Shown here piece by piece: positions 56,734 to 64,000 of a stretch of 64,000 bases of DNA. The stretch comes from Amoebidium appalachense (lineage: Eukaryota > Protista > Ichthyosporea). The notes beneath the pieces are model-generated. The model searched no databases and had not been told where the DNA came from. It saw only the letters and a list, made by a program, of their open reading frames with translations. Every line of letters starts with the position of its first letter. Positions within the stretch are counted from its first letter, which is position 1. The stretch is taken from the NCBI GenBank assembly GCA_963693365.1, contig CAVNZM010000007.1, positions 9,359,962-9,423,961 of the forward strand. The letters run 5' to 3'. A program made the position numbers and the translations under genes.

Positions 56734-59700
56734 TCAGGAAACCGACTGAGATATCACCACCCCGTACACACCACTAATTGAAGGGGGGTCCAATCTGCCC
56801 CGCGCATTCGTAAATGTCGGGTCGAACCAGCCGACCCGACTCGTTTCTGCCACCAAAAATGACCGGCTAACTTTCATGGCCATTGGTTCCACATTTACAT
56901 CAGACCCCAGAGCCTGCAATCTAACTAGTAGATTAGCCTTATATGGTGCAACGATCCGATTAGTTACGATTTCGGATGGCACCATAATAGATTGCAAATG
57001 CACATCATCAGGAAGGGGCTCGGCAAGAAGACTCAATGACTTCTTCTTCATGTATGTACTAATTGCCGAACGCCCAATCCAATCACGTCCATAAAACACC
57101 AAAGGCGCACGATTGGCTACTATTTGCTCTCTGCGATGCGCCGGTTCGTCACCGCCGCTTGGCTGAAATTTCAATGCCATGTGCGAAATTTCCGACCCCA
57201 CTTCGCACCCCTCCCCCAGCCGCTTAGTGTCGTCACCTGTTGGCCGCCTAGTCACCAACACATCCAAAATTCCCTTTCCGGGGGAAAGAACCCCAAAAGA
57301 TGACTGGGAATACACCGAAATTCCTTTGGGGGGGTGCATTTTGGATGTCGAAATTTTGATTCCGGCCGTAGACGTCATGGGAAAGACATATGCGGGCAGT
57401 AGGTCGGGCCACAGACCCCATGACCTGTGGTGGTGGGAGGTGGTCACGTGATCGATGCTAGCCAATCCGATGGCCCCAGGGTCCCCGACCAATCGCGTGC
57501 CGCCACCATGTCCAAACAGCCAATCAGACACGCCGGGACGGCCGACAATACCCGGGGCTGTAACACGTAGTGCGACCTCGCCGTCCGGCGCCGAAAACAC
57601 TCCCGTAAATTCGGCCTTCAACACAGACCCCCCCTTCGCCGTCTTGCTCCCGTGAAAATGTTGCGGTTGTTATGCCCCCGTATTGCTGTGCGTGCAGTGT
57701 GTTGGTGTCGTGCACCATATGCCACTGGGTCACCAGGCTGCCCCCAACAACCATCACCGCATTCACGTCCGAAACAAGCGGCTGGGCGTGTAGCCATGTG
57801 AGGTGGAACACACCAATCAGACCCCCGAATCCAACACCAAATATGGTAAATGCGCACCAAAAAAGGACGTTGCAGACCGAATTGGACCCCGTCCACTGGG
57901 TCAACAGAATCCGGGCCACAACCGACGATACTCCCACAGTAAACCCGGAAAACCAGGCGAAATTGTTGTTTTGCGACCGTATTATCACAGAAAAAAGGTA
58001 TTCGCCGAGGGAGAAATGAACCACGAACACAAACGCAAGTACCGCGACACGCCGTGGAAACGAGCGATTGGAATACCACAAAAATGCAAGTTTCCGGACC
58101 ATCATATTGGTTGGTGTTTGTGAAAGGTCCCAGTCCCGGCCATTCGGACTACCCATTGGGTATGAATTCTGGGGGATAGTGTGTCTGCGTTGGTGTAGCC
58201 TAAAAACCTTGCATACTGGTATGCACCGCAAAAGTAGCCATCCCGCAAAAGCAAAACCCGCGCCGTATACAAAACCGACCGCAGGAATACACCCATATTC
58301 GGTGCGAAATGCATAGCAGTTCCCCTTAACCGTCTGGGTGGGGTACGCCACCAGATTCACCTTAAAACCGGAGTTCAAACGGGGTCCTTTCCGAATTTCG
58401 CTCTCGTGTTCGGGGGGGTCCGAGCCGATTTCGTTAAATGCAGTACTGATGGATATAGGCGAGGGAGACCACAATCGGTGGCTGGCTAGTGTGCGGAGTT
58501 TATCCGGGTTAGTGCCGGGTTTAACCTCCCAGTCGTGCAACATCCACAACCCCCACCCCTCCCATGACTGGGGTAGGGACCCTGCCCACGGGCATTCCTT
58601 GCCGGTGACGACACACTGTATGAGGGGTAGCTCGACGGAAAATCTATCTGCCAACGAATAAATGTTATTGTTGTCGCCGCCAACGTGGTGTACACACTGG
58701 AATATATCCGAAGTAACCCCGGCTGCCGGGATAGTAGCACGGAAAACCAACTGCCAACCTGTTCCATTCGCCGTTGTAACAGGGAGTAGCTGCGAGGTGA
58801 CGGGGTCTCCGGATGCCGTGACGACATAGAAAAACAGGCCGCGTGATTGGTCAAAGGGAAGGGGTACCTGCACCAGTACGGTGCGCTGCCAGCCGGCCGT
58901 ATTCATCACCACCACCGGCACACACTGGTCCTCATTGGGGGGGGGGTTGTCGCCACTACCTCCGGGTGGGGGGGTCGGGGTTGTGGTGAATTTCTCCCGT
59001 GCCAGGTCCCTGCGGCCGCCATCTAAATATAGAACACGCTGGAGAAGGCGCTCGGTGACGGCCAGTGCTGCCGCCTTGGCCCAGTTCAGACGGCGCACGA
59101 AATCCTCCATCACTGATGATCGCACTGTGCCTGTTATGGATGCATGATGGGCCATGAGCAGAACATTGCGGCGTGCGGCGGCAAGAACATCGATTGCCCG
59201 ATAGGCTGCCATACGGCACGGCCCCTGCACAAACTGCAGGCTAGTATTCTGGTCGTAGCTAAAGGCCCCATAGCCCTTTGCAGCAAACGCAGACGTAGGC
59301 CCCTCACCGCACTGTTTGCCCTCCTTGACCGGCTGAAACCCGTGCACATGAACAGCCGGCTCGTTCCAATGTTCTGGGTTGGTGCGGTACAGTGCCAGGG
59401 CAAACTCCCCGGCCAATACTGCCTGCTCTGCCTGCCGTGTTAACTGCTTGAGTTGTGGCCGTGACGTGTACAGACCCGTCCAATGTTCGTTGTAGCTGGG
59501 TGCATACGGTAGAAAGTGGCCGCTGTATGTGGGCAGTGTGAGCCCGTATGTGGTTGTGTACTCACGTAGCGCCGTGAAGTAATCATCAACGGTGGCCCAC
59601 CCCAACTCAATGTCTCCATACTTGGATTTCTCGCTGCGTATGTGCGATATCAGCAACTCCCACTGTTTAAACTGCTCCTGTGCGAAAACGAACCGGAAGT

Positions 59701-60505
59701 CACCCCCCACAGGCAGTAACAGTATAGGGGTGGGCTGGACTGCCCGTTGCTTCCGTATATAGCGCACAAGCTGCTGTGCTTTTAAAGGCACAATACTGGC
59801 CGGCAACTTATCCGTGCGCTCAAAGTCATACCCCTGAGGGCTGCTATAGTTGTTGCTTAGTAGGGTTGCAAGGAGGGAGGGGTGCGGGCGTGTGGAGGGT
59901 ATGGGGGTCTCCCACATGAACTGCAACATGCTCCGTGAGCGGAAAGTGTCCCGTGTGGCATAGTGCACCCTATTGAGCACAACACCCTCCAGCCCTAAAT
60001 CCTTGAAAAGGGCTGCAGTAAATGCGCTGTGACCAAGCGAATCCACCTGCCACCCATACCGTGGCCGCTGTTTCAGGGTGGTTTGCAGCCAAACATAGCC
60101 CTCGGCTAACTGCGAAAGAATGCTGTCGGAGGATGCGACTGTCTCGTCATGTTGCACCCACCCTCCACCGACAAATTCAAAGCGGCCCTCAGAAAGAAAT
60201 ACAGCAAGAAGGTTTTTTCTCACGTTGCTGGCGTGTGATGTGTACCAAACAGAAAAGGATCCTACGTCAGACCATACGAACTTACGTGTTGTATTGTCCT
60301 TAAGCGCCGTAATTACTGAGTCTAAGATGTTGTTAACATCATGCTGGTATGATTCAAAGGTCCGTAAATAGCTCGCCTCAGTGTGTGAGTGTGGGACTAG
60401 AAAAACCTTAACGGTTTCGGCGTGTGCTAAGTGCGTGATGGTTGGGAAAAAATTGAGCAGGCACCAGGTCCATAGGCACGCGCGTGAGGCTGTACGGAGC
60501 CCCAT
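56734..60505 (-). CDS. GH38 alpha-mannosidase-like protein, intronless, with internal 4-TM insertion and one apparent frameshift at ~57630
   Basis: Signal peptide from ATG 60505, then VFLVPHSH, RKFVWS, GRFEFVGGGWVQHDE, GWQVDSLGHS, GGDF, WTGLYTSRP, HH.SITGT. The C-terminal part (QSSFGVLS..G.LDVLVTRR...DD.K.LGEG, LP.DVHL, LLVRL) continues in ORF 57624-56734 in another frame. Confidence 0.88.
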
Positions 60506-61084
60506 TTCCCGTAGTTCTGAGTTACTGAAGCTGAAGAAAGATTGGCACAATAATCACTGATTCCATCATATACGTGCCGTGTGTGCGAGTCTGCCAGAAG
60601 TGGTGGGAAAACAGGCATGCATGCTTTGTGTGATTATCCACGCCTATAACAAAAGAAATGCTAGTGTGCGTGCAAAACCCCTTACAGCTAGCCAGCTACA
60701 ATTATACCCTAAACATCCATTGTCGGAAACCCTAAAAAATGAGGGGAGAGTTGGGGAGAGAGCGGGAAAAAAACTGAATACAAACAGCCTTTGACTGACT
60801 GAAAAGCTTTCGCACTCCAATCATTACTGGGATCGCCTGCAGGCCACCAGCAAATCATTGGGCTGATGACGTCATCATTAAGCACCAAATATGGAAACCA
60901 ATCAGAAAGCAGTTTCGCACTTTGGAATAGCCTTTTATGGTGAACAATATCTTAAGGGGAAAGAACTGACTGATGATACGAACGAGGTCCCTCACACCCT
61001 GCCTGAGTGCATGCGACCCAATACCATGGCAGCGCTGCCACGGCCAACTACATATGCAGTGCTTGCCAGCCTTGCACAATAAGT

Positions 61085-61119
<35 letters not shown>

Positions 61120-62163
61120 AAAAGGAGCTCCCTGCTGAGTCTCCCCATAATATGAGACAACTGTCAAAGTTTTGAGGCTGCTGATGTAATTTTATTGTTT
61201 CCACATTTAGGTGCGCTTAAACAGCACGACCCATTCATACCCACAGCACAACTGTACTACGGCCCTTTCCTAACTTGTCGAACTTTGAAATTGCATACTG
61301 CACATCGATCTACAAGCTACCGTCGAAAAGCCAAGCGCTAAACTGCTAGATATAACTCTGTACAGGTTGAAGGAATGCATAATGTCATAACCGGTAATTA
61401 TGCAACCCCTCATGTTTCTGTAGCCTATCAAAAAGCGATCATGCACATGGACGTGCTACAGCTGATCATTTCTATATATATGTCATAAATAATGTGTCGT
61501 TTAAAACTTTCTAGGTGGCAGGAGCCCCAGTCTGAGGCAGTATTTAAAAAAGAACATGTGCCCGCATAATCATGCCGAACCCCCCCCCCCCCCCCCCCCC
61601 CCCAACACACACACACACATATCCCTCCCCCCCCCCTTCCCCCCCTTTCCCCCTTTCCCTCCTCCTCTCCTCCCCCCCCCCCCCCCCCCTTCCCCCCTAT
61701 CCCCATCCCTCCCCCACCTCCCCCCGTTCCCCCAACCCCCTCAACCTTCCCCTCGCCTCCCTGGACCCACACACAAAAAAGGGAAGGGCAAAAAAAAAAA
61801 AAAAAAAAAAAAAAAACACAGAGGGGAAAATACAAGAAACTTTATCAAATCACAACAACCAAGGTCCAGTCGAAAAAAAAAATTAACGTCTTGCTTCCCA
61901 ATAATTCGTGACAATTTTCTGAATCTGTAGTCTCAAGAATAAGAAACACAAGAATGCAAATTCCAACGGCCGGAGCAAGGTACTTGGGTTCTTTACAAAA
62001 ACTGCGACTCGCGCGTCTCTGTTGACAACCCCAACTTGATGAATGTGTCGCAGCCATACCCTGCACAGTATTGCATGTGTCAGCCGTGAATCAACCTGTA
62101 CCCTCCCCCCTCCCTCTCCCCCTTCTCCTCCCCCCCCTCCTCCCCCCCCCCCCCCCCCCCCAA

Positions 62164-62268
<105 letters not shown>

Positions 62269-62426
62269 TATGCACACACACACTACACACACGCACACTA
62301 CACACGCACGCACGCACGCACGCACGCACGCATGCACGCACGCATGCACGCACGCACGCACACACACACACTCGCGCGTGCGCGCACACACACACACACG
62401 CACACACACGCACACACACGCACACA

Positions 62427-62457
<31 letters not shown>

Positions 62458-63498
62458 GCACACACACACTCGCACATGCATCCCATGGCCACACAATTAA
62501 TAACAGCTATAATAACCGCAACAGAGAAGACAAAATGGCAGAAAACAGAAATCGGTGTGTGTGTGTGCACGACGATGTGTGGGTGGTTATGTGTGGGTGC
62601 GTGAGTGGTGGTAGTGATGGTCCCCAGGGGTGAACAAATAATTTTATCCCTCTTGCACATATTCACATATAGTTCCTTGCTTCACGTACACATTCACAAT
62701 GGCTTTCATAACACACCTGTCCATGGGCCTATAAAAAAAAACATACAACACACTTGCACGGACACCCACACACACACACGGTGCAGCCACACTGTCCGGT
62801 CCCCAAATCAATTACAATCACATCGTCTCACTCTGCTATGTTGGAAAGAAATGAAACAGACGCGGGTAAGAAAAACAGGATGACATGCACGTAAGATCCA
62901 TACCATGCAGCGTGAACAGTCGTAGGGAGCCACCAAAGTAGGACGAGTAGATTTGGGCCATCGGCAGGCCAAAGCCCGGCCCGGCAGCTAACGGGTCGGC
63001 TGGGTTCCACTCGCTGTGAATCATGTGCTAGTGAGAAGGGCAGTCTGGTAACTAACTTCTCCATATGTAACAATCCACACACATGCAACCATCCATACTG
63101 CGATACTTCAAGTTTGCGCATACTGATGATAATGCGCTCTATAGTGTGAGTGTACTTTTTGTGTGAGGCTGCATGATCGCACGACCCACAGGTGTGTATG
63201 TACGTACAGGCAAGGAAAAACGAAAACAAATGACAACAAGCGACACCATGCAAGGGATACGGGAACAATGCCATAGAAAGAGACCGTGTGTCTGTTGTGA
63301 TATATGTGTCACAGGGTGTGTGCGCGTGTGTACATGTGTGTTTTTCAGGGGCCGGGCGGGCGCCGGGGGGGGGGGGGGGGGGGGGGGGAGGGGGGGGGGG
63401 CTGCCTGTGGGTGGTGGTTTTTACTCCTGTCCTTTTCTCCTCTCGATTTTTTTTTCTTCTCTTTTCTTTTCTTTTCCACTCTTCCTTCTTATTCTTCT

Positions 63499-63567
<69 letters not shown>

Positions 63568-63835
63568 GTCTCCAACCTCAGGTGGGGCACGGGGCTGTTG
63601 TGGCGGTGGCTGGTGTAAGTATAGTCCCACACCGCATCAAAGTGCTCCGGGTCAATGCCTCCCCCTGCCATCATAGTCAGTGCACAGGTTGAATAGGCTG
63701 GCACAACCCCCCCCCCCCCCTCCCCTCCCCTCCCCTCCCTCCCCCCCACCCCCACCATCCCACCCAATAATCTCGAACCACCCTAAGCCATTCTTGCACG
63801 GATGCACAGACACACACACAAACGAACACCCCATG

Positions 63836-63925
<90 letters not shown>

Positions 63926-64000
63926 ATACACAAAGCCTACAAGTGACGGGAACAGAGAAAAATTGGGGATGGGGTATGGGAAAATGAGCAAGAAAGAGAG

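Overview
Eukaryotic genomic DNA from an intron-rich organism, probably a unicellular opisthokont/holozoan (inference from gene content only). Introns are saturated with (C)n/(G)n, (CA)n and (TC)n tracts, so most of the ORF track is noise. Manual splicing gives these genes in order: the 3' end of GCN1 (+); a 12-exon type II membrane protein fusing a DxD glycosyltransferase-like domain to an HtrL/YibB-like domain (-); a head-to-head TPR + SAM methyltransferase of COG4976 type (+); a type II PI 4-kinase (-); a hypothetical ORF; a BTB-BACK-MATH protein (+); an intronless coiled-coil protein (-); and an intronless GH38 alpha-mannosidase-like gene with a 4-TM insertion and one frameshift (-). The main discovery is a dispersed intronic repeat family (7 core-containing copies plus tail fragments). 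Its ~160-nt core has stems that covary between subfamilies and carries all three hammerhead-ribozyme core strands (CUGANGA with only N varying, GAAA, GUU), in a strand order that is not a circular permutation of types I-III. Every copy is sense to its host pre-mRNA and ends in a poly(C) tract. One copy is 5'-truncated within 2 nt of the predicted cleavage site. Ribozyme activity is a prediction and has not been demonstrated.
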